The notes: generated by a model not told the origin, from the sequence alone. DNA of 64,000 nt from a virus (IMGVR_UViG_3300002143_000079:16336-80335); one strand, 5' to 3'. Positions 1 to 11,663 are shown, numbered from the stretch's first letter. Translations and numbers: made by a program.

Positions 1-1538
1 GTATTGTAGGAACCAGTCAAATAGAATAATAATCTACTCTCACTTACCGGATTGTTTTTTACAATGTCAACGTTCGATGAAAATAGATAGTCTGTATTTT
101 TATACAATTTAATAAAATTGGAATCATATGAAGAACCTGTTTTATTCGCAAACGAATTTGCATTAAAATCGACATATGAAGCTGAAGAAGTCAGACTTGT
201 GACCAATGAAGTATCATTCTTTATTATGATATATCGACTTTGATTCAAATTAACATCTGTCGAATTACAAATCATCGAATTCAAATGAGTAATCGAACTC
301 TGAGTCAACGTTAAATCCGTCGAACTGGTGTAGTAATATTTGGCTATGTGATTCTGTTCGTAAAACTCACCAATATTCGCATAAAACCTGTTAATTGTCG
401 AAGAATCAAATATGAATTCTTTTTCGATAAGTGGTTCATCGGCGATACATTCAAATTCCGATGCCTTATTTAAACTACGTCTGTAAACTTTATGTCTATG
501 AACTTTTCCCGTCAACGTTTTTAGATTTTTATAGGTTATATCAAGAAATGCCTCTTTCAAAAATAAATCTTCCCCATCAACTCTCTGTGAAAGATATATT
601 GTAGGATCAGGAACACCATCGGGGTTAAGGGATGATGTAATCAATCCCGAAGATGTTAAGTATGTGCTCGAATTTAATGTTTGTGTGAATGATGCTGATA
701 CAATAGGCACTATTTGAGTCGTATTATTAATGTAATATGTGAATGGTCTATCCAATTGAAGTTCGGTCGTATTTGTTACTCCATCAACAAAGAAAGATTC
801 CGTGATATTAACAACTTTGTTTTTCAATACGTTATTATCTAGGTATGATATTTCACTTATGTAAAGTTCGATTTCTCTATCTTTATTTTGTAAATTGAAT
901 GAATTTAAATCAATTGCAGATGAGGTGTCGGTGTATGAGAGTCGATAATCTAAATCAGTTTTCCGAATATCTATGGAATGTATATCAGTGTATATTTTTG
1001 GAAATAGTGAATATCCCTTAACGCTGCCGTTAATAGTTTCAATGGTTTGTGAACCACTGGATATTGACTCATTTAATATAAGAGATAAAAATTCCTCAGT
1101 TTCAACCGAGGGTGTATTGAAAAATGTAACTTTAGATGAGTTATCCAAAGTTGGGTTAATCTTTATATTTGTGTTCCAACGAACAACTTTACCATCAACC
1201 GTCGTTCCCATCAATACAACTTTACCAAAGCCGGACGGTGTGGATTCATAAATATGGATAGAAACTACCAAATCGGTTGTATCGGCATAAGAAAAATAAC
1301 CCGATTTAGCGGTTTCGTAATACAATACTCCACCTTTAGAATCCAATATTTCCAACAAAATGCCGGATCGAGGCTTTAACTTATTCGACCCGTTTATGGT
1401 GAACATATTTTTACCAGCCGTCAACGTGGGATTTAAATCCGATATGACGAAATATTCTGAACGATATGACGTATCTTCAATATCGACTGGTCGATTTAAT
1501 AGACTGTATTTTGTTCCCTTTTTGGTGCTACCATGCAT
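1..1538 (-). CDS. Partial large putative virion structural protein (runs off the window start)
   Basis: Manual translation from ATG at 1538: MHGSTKKGTKYSLLNRPVDIEDTSYRSEYFVISDLNPTLTAGKN...; TATTTAT motif 10 nt upstream; absent from ORF track, consistent with truncation. Confidence 0.7.
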   Translation of the reverse strand, partial: MHGSTKKGTKYSLLNRPVDIEDTSYRSEYFVISDLNPTLTAGKNMFTINGSNKLKPRSGILLEILDSKGGVLYYETAKSGYFSYADTTDLVVSIHIYESTPSGFGKVVLMGTTVDGKVVRWNTNIKINPTLDNSSKVTFFNTPSVETEEFLSLILNESISSGSQTIETINGSVKGYSLFPKIYTDIHSIDIRKTDLDYRLSYTDTSSAIDLNSFNLQNKDREIELYISEISYLDNNVLKNKVVNITESFFVDGVTNTTELQLDRPFTYYINNTTQIVPIVSASFTQTLNSSTYLTSSGLITSSLNPDGVPDPTIYLSQRVDGEDLFLKEAFLDITYKNLKTLTGKVHRHKVYRRSLNKASEFECIADEPLIEKEFIFDSSTINRFYANIGEFYEQNHIAKYYYTSSTDLTLTQSSITHLNSMICNSTDVNLNQSRYIIIKNDTSLVTSLTSSASYVDFNANSFANKTGSSYDSNFIKLYKNTDYLFSSNVDIVKNNPVSESRLLFYLTGSYN

Positions 1539-1559
1539 AATGATGCCTATAAATAGGTA

Positions 1560-4500
1560 TCAATATACTATTTTCGAGTGTCCATCTTCTTTCTTTATCT
1601 CAATTTGACCATCCACCATATCTTTCATCATATCCAAATGACTTATTATCAACATAAAATCGAAATTCGACTTCAATATTGCAAATAGGGATTGCATAGA
1701 TGACAAATTATCCGAATCCGCACACCCAAATCCCTCGTCAATAGCGATGAAATTGGGTCTAGGTAGGTTTGAGAGATTGATTAATGCAACTCGGATGACC
1801 AAAGAGGTTAAGAACTTCTCCAACCCACTCGCCATTTCTAACGGCCACTTCTTATCACTATACACCAGATTGGTGACGACATTTTTTCCATCGGTTTCTA
1901 TATTTACCGAGAAATCCACAATCTGAGATAAAATTTCATTGACGTCACTTTCAATAACCGGGACAGCCTTGGATATTAAATCAAATGGAATACCGTCACG
2001 GGAAACCGATTTGACGTATAAATCGTATAACTTCAAATCAGATTCGGTTTTTTTCATCTTATCTCGGTTGACAATTTTCTCCTGCATGTTCTTTTCATAT
2101 CCACTCAAATTTGCAGACAAGTTGATTATCTTGGTATTATTCTGTTTGATTAATATATCGGTGTTTCTAATCTCCTGTTGTATTTTACCTACTTTCAACT
2201 CCACTTCGAGGTTATATTTGATATTCGATTCATTGTCGTAATAGAGTTTGATGTCGTTATCCAACTTAGTTAGGTGAACACTGTTCGACTGGACGGTTGA
2301 CTCCAAAGATGTAATTTCTCGGTTTATAGAGATGATACGTCTGTCGCAGTTATTCAACTTGACTTTTAATAAATCACACTTTCGTTGCAATTCTTCGACA
2401 TACACCAATGACTCAATGTGTTTTTTCTTATCCTCATAATTGATGACTAAATCATTAGCCTCTACCTTATCATTGTCGAGGGAGCTTTCCGCATCCAACG
2501 CATCTTTAACAAATGAATTGTTGACACAATATTTGCAGTTTGGATCATATTGGTGGTTATGTAATCTATTGATTTTATCTAATTTAGCAGTGATGAAAAT
2601 CTTCTTCGTCTCAATGATGTGTTTAATAGATTGTAATTGTTCTCGCAACGTTTTTAGTTGATTGAATTTTTGTGAAACGTCGTCGGTGTCAATAGATTTC
2701 AATTCTTCTTTGGTATTTTCCAACTCAATTGATTCCAACTTCAAAGATTCCTGCAATGTTACAATCTGACTCTCCGATTTTGCAATGGTTGTAGATACTG
2801 AAATACGTGTCGATTCGAGGGATGTAATATTCTTCGGAATATTGTTCTCAATTTTAATCAACTTGGTGGTTTCTTCAAATAACGAAGAATTCAATTTTTC
2901 CTTTTCACCAACCAGTCTATCCGACTCTTCATTTAAAGTCACCAAATCTAATTTGAATCCATCAATGGATTCACTCAAATCGTCAATCGACACACCGTTA
3001 TCATAACGGTGGTATAACTTGACATCATTATTCAATTCTTTAAGTGTCTCCGACGCACTACTGTGTAGTATATCGAAGATATTCAATCCCATAAATTGTG
3101 ATAACAAATCTTTACGTTCGGACTGTCCCATATCAACAAAATTACCCGATTTGTTATTTTGGATGGATAACACCGTTAAGATGAAATCCTCATAACTACC
3201 CACAAAATCACGGATTAAATCATTGGTGCTACGACGAGCCTCTCCGTTTAATTCGATTATGGAACCATTTTCCTCTTTCCAGAATTTGACATCCACTTTT
3301 ACATTTCCCTTTTTATCCGACTTACCATTTCGTTCAATGAAGTAATCGGTGTTATCTATTTCAAAGTTGAATTTACAGTGGAATGTAGCCTTTTGTGAAT
3401 TTAAAATGTGCGTTGCTTTAAATGCTCTATCACATTTATCAAATATACAAAAACTCAATGCAGACATTAACGAGGATTTTCCCGAAGCATTGGATGCAAA
3501 CAATCCAATTACATCTTTCATCTTTGTAAAATCAATGACGTTATCCTCACCGTAACTAAACATGTTACTAAACTCGAATTTTTTAGGTTTCCATCGAATG
3601 TTTCGGACCAATTTATCTTTGTCAATCAACTGATTCTGTTGTGTATTGATTTGAAAAATCGTCTCATACATATCATCGGTAACCTCTTTATCCGATGTAT
3701 GAGCCATAAGATATTCTTTAATTAACTTGTTCTGATGTTCCACAGAATTCAAATCAGCCAATGAAAGTTCTTCCACACTGACCGCAGCTGAGTTTGGTGT
3801 GGTTCCACTAGCGGATTTTAAATACACCAAATGTTCTACCTCACAACGTTTACGAATTTCATCAATGACAGCTTTGATTTCTAAATAATCTGAGTCATTA
3901 CATCTCACTCGTAATTTGACTTTCTTAGGAAGATTTGATAAATCCGTTTTAAGGTGTCCCTTATCAATGTCGATAGTATAGAAACCCCTTTCATTACCAA
4001 TATCAAATTGTTTGTGTATTCGTTGTTTTAAATTCCACAATACATACCCATGGCTGTCAAGAGATTCTCCGTGATTTTGTTGGATTAAACTACCAACATA
4101 TACAATTTTCGTATCGGAATCTGGAATTTCAAGTGTCTGATATTTGTGAATATCCCCCAATAAGACAATATCATGTCCATCAAATAGATTTGCGGTCACC
4201 GATTGATTGTTAATTCGATACCCGACGTCGGAGACTGCATCATGAACAGCTCCATGATACAACGCAATGACGTGTCTTGCTTGATTGGTGTATATTTTAG
4301 GAATGTCGGTGGCTCTGATATAACTCTCTACGGGATCGAACACGGACATGTGGTTGAATACAATGTCTCCTAAGATATAAATACCAGTATCCTTCAAGTA
4401 GAATAGATTTTTGTGATTGATAGCATTGACAATCGGACTCAAACTATCCATTCGACTCTTGTTGGTCAAAGTTGCGTCGTGATTTCCCGCAATCAATATA

Positions 4501-4760
4501 GTCGGACGCAAATCAGCAAGTCTTCGTAAGAAATCAGAAGCTATACCCACACATTCGGGACTGAGATTTGATTTAGAGTGAAATAAATCACCCAATATTG
4601 CGACACATGTATTTTCCGGGGTCTTCGCAACGACCTCATATAACCTTTCAAACACGTCGAGATATTCATCGTGTCTTTTTGTTAATCGGATGTGAATATC
4701 CGCAATGTGAAATATTCCAATAAACTCCGTCACATCACAGTTCAATTTTTGCACGTTCAT
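1560..4760 (-). CDS. Fused SbcD/Mre11 nuclease - SbcC/Rad50 ATPase (T4 gp47+gp46-like)
   Basis: Metallophosphoesterase motifs ADIH, GDLFH, GNHD, GDIH; Walker A ASNASGKSS; coiled coil with CKYC zinc hook; signature ASGLE; Walker B IAIDEGFG; H-loop ISH. Confidence 0.93.
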   Translation of the reverse strand: MNVQKLNCDVTEFIGIFHIADIHIRLTKRHDEYLDVFERLYEVVAKTPENTCVAILGDLFHSKSNLSPECVGIASDFLRRLADLRPTILIAGNHDATLTNKSRMDSLSPIVNAINHKNLFYLKDTGIYILGDIVFNHMSVFDPVESYIRATDIPKIYTNQARHVIALYHGAVHDAVSDVGYRINNQSVTANLFDGHDIVLLGDIHKYQTLEIPDSDTKIVYVGSLIQQNHGESLDSHGYVLWNLKQRIHKQFDIGNERGFYTIDIDKGHLKTDLSNLPKKVKLRVRCNDSDYLEIKAVIDEIRKRCEVEHLVYLKSASGTTPNSAAVSVEELSLADLNSVEHQNKLIKEYLMAHTSDKEVTDDMYETIFQINTQQNQLIDKDKLVRNIRWKPKKFEFSNMFSYGEDNVIDFTKMKDVIGLFASNASGKSSLMSALSFCIFDKCDRAFKATHILNSQKATFHCKFNFEIDNTDYFIERNGKSDKKGNVKVDVKFWKEENGSIIELNGEARRSTNDLIRDFVGSYEDFILTVLSIQNNKSGNFVDMGQSERKDLLSQFMGLNIFDILHSSASETLKELNNDVKLYHRYDNGVSIDDLSESIDGFKLDLVTLNEESDRLVGEKEKLNSSLFEETTKLIKIENNIPKNITSLESTRISVSTTIAKSESQIVTLQESLKLESIELENTKEELKSIDTDDVSQKFNQLKTLREQLQSIKHIIETKKIFITAKLDKINRLHNHQYDPNCKYCVNNSFVKDALDAESSLDNDKVEANDLVINYEDKKKHIESLVYVEELQRKCDLLKVKLNNCDRRIISINREITSLESTVQSNSVHLTKLDNDIKLYYDNESNIKYNLEVELKVGKIQQEIRNTDILIKQNNTKIINLSANLSGYEKNMQEKIVNRDKMKKTESDLKLYDLYVKSVSRDGIPFDLISKAVPVIESDVNEILSQIVDFSVNIETDGKNVVTNLVYSDKKWPLEMASGLEKFLTSLVIRVALINLSNLPRPNFIAIDEGFGCADSDNLSSMQSLFAILKSNFDFMLIISHLDMMKDMVDGQIEIKKEDGHSKIVY

Positions 4761-5710
4761 AAATTCATTTTTAACTTACACATTTCATCGAAGTCGATAA
4801 ATTTTGTATTGTTGATAATCTCCCAAGTTTTTTCAAATCCAAGTTTTGACGGGTCTTTCTCCGTCATGACAACACACTTTGTTTTAATGTTGTTTTTCAT
4901 TAAGAATGTCACAATATTGAGACATTCTGACAACGCATCGTTATCTAATACCACGTTTACCGACGTTACTCCATTTAATATCAACGATTCTCGTAGTTTT
5001 CTGGACAATGTTTTCCCAAATAACGGAACACAATTATATCTAATCGCCATTGCATCAAAAGAACCTTCAACCAATGTTATTTCCTGTGTGAAGTCCACCA
5101 AAGATTCAAACCCAATCACGTTTTTACTTCCCTCATAGTTCTTATACTTTAGAGAACATTGGTCATAATAACTACGACCCACGAAAAAATTCAAATTGTT
5201 ATCACCATCGTATGAAGGAACGATGATTCGTTGACGATAATCACCATCTTCACAATATCCAATTTGGTAACGATGAATATCGTAATCAGATACGTTCCTT
5301 GCTTTCAAATATTTCAACGCATTTCTATATTCTGGAGAGTTGTGATATTCGGATAGTGGTCTATAATCTTTTGGAAGATTGACAATCTCAGCCACATTTT
5401 CTTTTGGTGAGAATAGATTTCGTAAATTGACGACATCAATATCCACGTCGATATTATGCGTCGATTTTATATCAACTAGTCGGTATAATTCACGGGAAAC
5501 GTTGAGTTTTTTGAAAAGAGATCGAAGAGTTAACCCGGAAAAATCACATGACCAACAATTATACTTACCTGTAATTAAGTTGACTTCCAACTTTCGTTTG
5601 TAATGTTTACATTTAGGGCAGAAATAAACCGCATCAGTGCCTTTTCTAATTTTAGCCTTCTGATTTAACGCTTTGTTTAAAACTGATACAATCTCTTCCT
5701 GATGTAACAT
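4757..5710 (-). CDS. DNA primase (DnaG-like)
   Basis: N-terminal zinc finger CPKC...CWSC; RIIVP..D...FFVGR; TOPRIM motifs VEGSFD and LDND. Confidence 0.88.
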   Translation of the reverse strand: MLHQEEIVSVLNKALNQKAKIRKGTDAVYFCPKCKHYKRKLEVNLITGKYNCWSCDFSGLTLRSLFKKLNVSRELYRLVDIKSTHNIDVDIDVVNLRNLFSPKENVAEIVNLPKDYRPLSEYHNSPEYRNALKYLKARNVSDYDIHRYQIGYCEDGDYRQRIIVPSYDGDNNLNFFVGRSYYDQCSLKYKNYEGSKNVIGFESLVDFTQEITLVEGSFDAMAIRYNCVPLFGKTLSRKLRESLILNGVTSVNVVLDNDALSECLNIVTFLMKNNIKTKCVVMTEKDPSKLGFEKTWEIINNTKFIDFDEMCKLKMNL

Positions 5711-5746
5711 GTCCGTAAACTACTCTAAATTATAGAAAAGGTCAAT

Positions 5747-6244
5747 TTAATATAACGAAAGTATCATTGCATCATACATATCGGAATTACGTTCGTCCCA
5801 ATTTCCTTTTTTATTGAGAACGTCAAATTGGTGGATTGGGTGAATCTTCTCCAAATACATCTTGACGAATTCTTTGGATTTTATACCTTTTTCACGACAC
5901 TTTCCGAGAACTTTTTTACGAGTAGTATTAACATTGAGAAGAACGACTGGATGATTCCATTCTTCAGCCACGATATACTCAAATACCGCGTTGAATCGTG
6001 CCAATTTAATTATCACCTGTTGTGAGGTGAATCCCCCAGCAAAACCACTGAGTGCGGATTCGAGATGAATTGTTTTAACTTGGGGAAGAAGTTTATGAGA
6101 CTTCAATGTAGTCAGAACGTGGAAGGTTTTTTCTTTGGAAGTTTCCAACTTTTTTATATCTATGAATCCCGCGTCGAGTATAACGTTGTTTTCACAGAAA
6201 GACCACCCCACGGTTGTAGTAGACGCATCAAATCCTAATATCAT
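5747..6244 (-). CDS. RuvC-like Holliday junction resolvase
   Basis: MILGFDASTTTVG start, central E (IHLES), C-terminal DMYDAM acidic pair. Confidence 0.75.
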   Translation of the reverse strand: MILGFDASTTTVGWSFCENNVILDAGFIDIKKLETSKEKTFHVLTTLKSHKLLPQVKTIHLESALSGFAGGFTSQQVIIKLARFNAVFEYIVAEEWNHPVVLLNVNTTRKKVLGKCREKGIKSKEFVKMYLEKIHPIHQFDVLNKKGNWDERNSDMYDAMILSLY

Positions 6245-6276
6245 ATCACATATATAGTATGTGTCACGATATAAAA

Positions 6277-6504
6277 TTAACCTTTGTATTTCTGAGTCGA
6301 ATGACCCTTGAGATAGGAAGAATCTTTCTTAGGAAGTTTGGAATTTTTTCCACCACGGGTAAAGCCATCTGCGAAATCATTGGCAATACCATCGGTAAAT
6401 TTAACTCCCGCTGATTTCGCATCAAACGCCCCACCAACTTTGGATTTATTATATCTGTCTTCCAAACTCGTCTTCAAAGATTCTCTGTTAATTTGATTTG
6501 CCAT
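6277..6504 (-). CDS. Small basic hypothetical protein
   Basis: 75-aa ORF with TATTTAT 5 nt upstream. Confidence 0.6.
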   Translation of the reverse strand: MANQINRESLKTSLEDRYNKSKVGGAFDAKSAGVKFTDGIANDFADGFTRGGKNSKLPKKDSSYLKGHSTQKYKG

Positions 6505-6520
6505 ATATAATAAATATCAG

Positions 6521-8962
6521 TTAAATGTCGAATCGTATAATAAAATTCAAAGGAAAATTACCTTCATTTTTTATAGGTGTTCCTAACTTAGCCACAGCTA
6601 TCAAATCTAATCCATTATATAGACCTATGGTTGTAATGTATGGTGATAGATATGAACCAGTTGGGTTTATCGAACTAGATACCCACCTATCTTGAAATGC
6701 GTCTTTAATAGTTGGTGTTATTCCACGATTAGTCAAGGAATCCAAATAATCTTTCGCATCAACATATTGACTTCTAATACCTACACTTTTTGAGGTGATG
6801 AAGTTTTGATAGTTGTTAGGAGTCAATTTATCAATGAAATATTTCCATATGATTCTAATGTCGTCATCATCGGTGATACCATCAGCATTTACATCCAATA
6901 CGTCATCTAAATTGTTAATTATGTAGTTATAATCAACCGTTGTCAAGGTGGTAGAATTGAGGGCAATTTGTGATTTATCCTCAAATGAACCACTTAGATA
7001 ATAGTAAAACAAACTTCCTTCAACAGTTTCTTCAAATCCAGATGGATAATCGAACGGAAACAGGTTCCACCAAGTTTCCACACCTGTTATTTTTTTGTAA
7101 ATGGCTCTTAAAATTTTATCACAGTCTTCAAAATCAAATTTACCACTTTTATTTAAGTCCAATGATGCTGTTGGATAGGTATAAGATGTCGGATTTGTAG
7201 AATAGTTAAATTCCCCCGGTTCAACCGTACATATGATTTCCTTTTCATATAAAGACGTCTTGCTATTATAAGATATGTCGTAAATTGGCTCATCATTCAC
7301 ATCACTCTCAAACATATAGTCGAAAATTGAACCGGATGTGGATATGACCATTTTTCCAGTTTTATAAAAGACATTACCAACGTGATGATGTGCCTCAAAA
7401 TCAGACAAGTTAAATATGTTAAAATCTCCATTAAGATTCAACGCCAAATCATCCCTATCCTGTATGATTTCAATCAATCTATTAGAATCCGTCAATGCAA
7501 TTGGTGAACCAACAATGACATTTTCATCGAAAATACAAACATCGTGTGCAAAGAAATTGTAAGGATAACCGTATTTCTTTTTTGGTTTGAACTTCGCATA
7601 GACATTATCCCAACTATCATCGGTATTTTGGTATATGTAGAACATACCCAAGTAATCATTTTCCTCCAAATCATCACAATCTTCTGCTTTGAAAAGGGTA
7701 TTCTGGATATAGGAAGAACTGAACTCGGATAAAAACTTCGGAGATGAAATTAGAAGATTGCTGTCATACAAATCAACCGCGTGTCCAAATCTGTTAAATT
7801 TAAACGAGTCACTATCTCCAAATAATTTCGTTTCACGCCAGTATGAACTACTTGATGTGTTTAGTTCACACTCAATTAAATCGAATACATAAACACATCC
7901 ATTACGGTAACAGTTAGAACCACTAAATTCTTGATAACTTCTGTCGTATGGAGCACCTATCGCAACCGTGACGGAACTTGAGGATGAACAATATAGTGAA
8001 ACCGCGTTACCAAAACCATCTGGTAATGTAATGATAGGTGAATATTGTGGTACTGGTATAAAGTTAAGATTTTCTACTTCTCGATTAGATTCAAACGTCG
8101 TTACTACTGACCACGCATCCGATGACGAAATATACTCATACAAATACACTTTAGAATCGGAATTCATAATACTTCCGTTACCCACAACCAACTTATTGTA
8201 ATTTTTGTCTAATTTAAGGCATCCACCAAAAAAACTTTCAGCACTAGATGTCAATACGCTGTGATAAGTATATCCACTTGACCCACTCTTGAATACGAAT
8301 ACTGACCCACTGACGTTCGTAAATGGACTGCCTACCGCTATAAACTCCTGATTCATAGAAACGGACCAACCAAATGAATTAGACCCTGTATCGGTCAATC
8401 CCGTGTCCGAAGCATAGAGAGAAACGAGTAATGAGGATGTCGAATTTGACATATCGTGTAATTCGACTACACCATCATCGTCTCGAACGACATTATCAAT
8501 GTGTAGTAAGGTGTAAACCATTTTGGTTGAACCTACGACGCATAAATTATCATAAACATCTAAAGACCGACCGAAATCTGATTGAAGTATTTTTATGTTA
8601 TCAAAATCCGCAATCAATATAGATGAACTATCATACACCGAGGTATCAATACTAGAACTAGTTCCCAACTCGGTAATGACCTCGTTACTACCTGAAATTA
8701 ATGAATCTGATGAGGTTGTGTAATTTTCTGTAAAAAGGGTAAAATCTCCGTTTAAAGAAGTTCGTCTTACAGTAAAATTATACGCAAATCTATCCGTCGT
8801 CAAAGCATCGTATTTATAAAAATCCACACTACCTTCTTCCAATATCGCATTTGAGGAAGAAGAGAAGTTTTCAAACGATGGATTTCCAATAGCGCTGTAA
8901 ATTTCATTTATCGCAACCGCATATCCAAAATCTTTCTTATCTATGTATATGTTTTTATGCAT
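6521..8962 (-). CDS. Virion/baseplate protein with FG-GAP-like propeller repeats, DxNxxG loops and C-terminal tail-collar-like motif
   Basis: Repeats FGRSL/FGWSV/FGNAV/FGHAV with VGSP/IGAP; DLNKSG, DVNADG; C-terminal YITTIGLYNGLDLIAVAKLG. Confidence 0.65.
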   Translation of the reverse strand: MHKNIYIDKKDFGYAVAINEIYSAIGNPSFENFSSSSNAILEEGSVDFYKYDALTTDRFAYNFTVRRTSLNGDFTLFTENYTTSSDSLISGSNEVITELGTSSSIDTSVYDSSSILIADFDNIKILQSDFGRSLDVYDNLCVVGSTKMVYTLLHIDNVVRDDDGVVELHDMSNSTSSLLVSLYASDTGLTDTGSNSFGWSVSMNQEFIAVGSPFTNVSGSVFVFKSGSSGYTYHSVLTSSAESFFGGCLKLDKNYNKLVVGNGSIMNSDSKVYLYEYISSSDAWSVVTTFESNREVENLNFIPVPQYSPIITLPDGFGNAVSLYCSSSSSVTVAIGAPYDRSYQEFSGSNCYRNGCVYVFDLIECELNTSSSSYWRETKLFGDSDSFKFNRFGHAVDLYDSNLLISSPKFLSEFSSSYIQNTLFKAEDCDDLEENDYLGMFYIYQNTDDSWDNVYAKFKPKKKYGYPYNFFAHDVCIFDENVIVGSPIALTDSNRLIEIIQDRDDLALNLNGDFNIFNLSDFEAHHHVGNVFYKTGKMVISTSGSIFDYMFESDVNDEPIYDISYNSKTSLYEKEIICTVEPGEFNYSTNPTSYTYPTASLDLNKSGKFDFEDCDKILRAIYKKITGVETWWNLFPFDYPSGFEETVEGSLFYYYLSGSFEDKSQIALNSTTLTTVDYNYIINNLDDVLDVNADGITDDDDIRIIWKYFIDKLTPNNYQNFITSKSVGIRSQYVDAKDYLDSLTNRGITPTIKDAFQDRWVSSSINPTGSYLSPYITTIGLYNGLDLIAVAKLGTPIKNEGNFPLNFIIRFDI

Positions 8963-8963
8963 T

Positions 8964-11663
8964 TTATGTGTAAGGGTCGTAAGAACCTTGATTTTCTAAA
9001 TAGTGTTCAATAAACGATTCATCTTTTAACATCGAATTTAAATTAGACGAAGTGGTATAGGATGAACCTGATAGATACAATCGGTTATAAGTAGTATCGG
9101 CGATATTCAATTCATCCAAAAGTTCATTCACAATGATTTTACCAAAATCAATCGACCAATTATCATAAATTCCACTTCCTTGAACAGAATCCACAAAAAC
9201 AACCAATTCAGTTGTTGAGTGGTCATAACTTACAAACCGACCAGTCATTGTGTTATTATAATCCCTCGAACCGGTTTGACCCATTGATATACTCGATGTT
9301 AACCGAGTAATATATGTTGGTACATTACGATATCCACCATAATGAGGATCGGATAAGTCAATGGATCCAGTGTCAAGATAAAAAGTTTTCAATCCCACAC
9401 TCATTGTCATTTCATTATCTTCACCACTGGAAATGTATGAATATAATTCTTTGTTGTTTACCTTCGTTGTTAAAAATCCCAAACCAGAAAACATTGGAGT
9501 TCCATGTGGGTCATGTAATTTGGAAATTTTAACCTTGTAATCCGTTAAATTATACTCTTTCGTACCGTTAAGATTGATGTCAAAATTCAATGTTGTTGTT
9601 GATTTCAATGCACCCTTCAAAATTGTTGGAGATGTATAATCATTTGTATATACCAACTGTTGATAATTTACATTTGGATCCAATATTGTGTAATTTCTAC
9701 CCAAATGTATATCCGTCAAAGAATATTCGGTTGTGAATGGATGTTGACCCCATGCAAATGTAAACCTATATGGTTTATCAACCGCATCCGTAATTCGTCG
9801 TTGTGATGCAACACTACGATTTCCTTTAGCTAGAACGGCACTTACATCCGCTAATCCAACAGTTGCGATTCCCCCAGCCACTACTGCCCAATCCGTCAAT
9901 GATTCCCCGAATGGTATGAACGATTGTGAAAAATTATTCTTTCCCCATGCAATAATTCTACCGTCAGTTTTTAACGCAATGGTGTGGTCATCACCACATA
10001 CTACATCTTGAATACCCGTTTCTGCACTAGTTGGTATTAATGATTGACTGTAATCAGAGTTTGATGACCATGAGTATAAATCACCATTATTATCTAATAT
10101 GATACCATGTTGACTACCAATTTCTACTTTATCTATATTTCCCACTTGTGGAATATTGGTAAATAAATTACATGAACTGTGGCCAAATCCATAAATTCGT
10201 CCGTTGGTATGTATCGCTACACTACCACTAGGTCCGGCTTTGATGTATCTATAATTGTTCGTTACAGTTGGTAGTGAACCGGTGTAAGTTGATGTTCCCC
10301 ACACATAAATTTTGCCATTATCGTCAATTGCAATTGCGTGTTGGTCACCAACTGATATGTCCCTCACTTTGGTATCAAACGTAGGAATAGTCGTTGTTAT
10401 TGTTGAGTCACCCCACGTAACCACATCACCCGAAGATTTCAATGCAACTACGAAATTCGTACCACATTCAATTTTTCGGAAATATCCCAACAAATCTTCA
10501 TGTGGTAATGAAACTACATCCAAATTTGTACCGGCTTCACCCACATAAATAAGATTAGAGTTGTAACTGATTGGAGTTACCACATCATTAATTGTATATC
10601 CATGAACGACGAAATCTTCAATGACATCACGATTGACATACAGAATGTTATTCTTGTAATACTGCCAATTAATAGATGAACTTACTCCAATATCGTTTAC
10701 GGAGAAGTTGAAATTGGAAAAATTAACATACGATGCGGAATTGAAGTAGTTAATATCCTTATTTGCATCGGATACTATTACACTGAAAATGTTTTCTCGT
10801 GCGTGAAGATTTCCACGACCATCATCAACAATGGTATAAACTTGGTCACCCGAATCTTCGATTATTTCCACACTATTTTCAACAATTTTATCACCAAAAT
10901 ATGCTTGAGGAATGGTTACAACTTTTATATTATCATATACAACTCGATTTTTTGCATCCAAAAACACATCAAAATTTTCCAACCCCAATAATTTCGTTGG
11001 GTCATTTGAATTGTTGTAGAACAAGTTCTTGATTTGATTGTAAGTAATACGTTTGTAGGTATTATTCAAATTTTGAGGCTCTATATCAGGATTAAATTTG
11101 ACATAACTATCAACTTGAATACCATCTTCAAAAGTCAAAAAATTATCCTCGGATTGTTCGAGACATAAATCACATGATGAGTTTGTAAATGGAACATCCA
11201 TAGTCAAATCAAATCTATACGTTGGACCATTATAAGGATCACGACTCGTACTTAATTCGTTGTAACTTTCCAACAAGAAAAATTCGGAGGCGGCTTCGAT
11301 ACTGATGTAGGAAGATGTATCTTCTACCAAAATTTCATAATTACTTATGTTTCGTAACGAAGATGTACATCCAAATTGCCAACCATCCCCATAATCTATA
11401 AATTCTAAAGCTAGTGGAGTAGATAAGAAGCCCGCTACTCCGGTGGTGAATGATTCCGCGATAAACGATGAACTTGTGGAACTTGATTCTTCCGATGTGA
11501 ATGTATCCCCACTTTCCGAAGAAAAAGATGATGAATATATCACATATTCAAAATCTACATCACCTAGAAGTAAACTGGTGTTTTCCTTGCTTGTGGCTCT
11601 CCATCTTTTTGAAACGACAAATGGAACGGCACTAACATCATCTTTCTTGAGACTCTTAATCAT
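8964..11663 (-). CDS. Virion protein with RCC1-like repeats
   Basis: Repeats such as ISVGDQHAIAIDDNGKIYVWG and VVCGDDHTIALKTDGRIIAWG. Confidence 0.7.
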   Translation of the reverse strand: MIKSLKKDDVSAVPFVVSKRWRATSKENTSLLLGDVDFEYVIYSSSFSSESGDTFTSEESSSTSSSFIAESFTTGVAGFLSTPLALEFIDYGDGWQFGCTSSLRNISNYEILVEDTSSYISIEAASEFFLLESYNELSTSRDPYNGPTYRFDLTMDVPFTNSSCDLCLEQSEDNFLTFEDGIQVDSYVKFNPDIEPQNLNNTYKRITYNQIKNLFYNNSNDPTKLLGLENFDVFLDAKNRVVYDNIKVVTIPQAYFGDKIVENSVEIIEDSGDQVYTIVDDGRGNLHARENIFSVIVSDANKDINYFNSASYVNFSNFNFSVNDIGVSSSINWQYYKNNILYVNRDVIEDFVVHGYTINDVVTPISYNSNLIYVGEAGTNLDVVSLPHEDLLGYFRKIECGTNFVVALKSSGDVVTWGDSTITTTIPTFDTKVRDISVGDQHAIAIDDNGKIYVWGTSTYTGSLPTVTNNYRYIKAGPSGSVAIHTNGRIYGFGHSSCNLFTNIPQVGNIDKVEIGSQHGIILDNNGDLYSWSSNSDYSQSLIPTSAETGIQDVVCGDDHTIALKTDGRIIAWGKNNFSQSFIPFGESLTDWAVVAGGIATVGLADVSAVLAKGNRSVASQRRITDAVDKPYRFTFAWGQHPFTTEYSLTDIHLGRNYTILDPNVNYQQLVYTNDYTSPTILKGALKSTTTLNFDINLNGTKEYNLTDYKVKISKLHDPHGTPMFSGLGFLTTKVNNKELYSYISSGEDNEMTMSVGLKTFYLDTGSIDLSDPHYGGYRNVPTYITRLTSSISMGQTGSRDYNNTMTGRFVSYDHSTTELVVFVDSVQGSGIYDNWSIDFGKIIVNELLDELNIADTTYNRLYLSGSSYTTSSNLNSMLKDESFIEHYLENQGSYDPYT

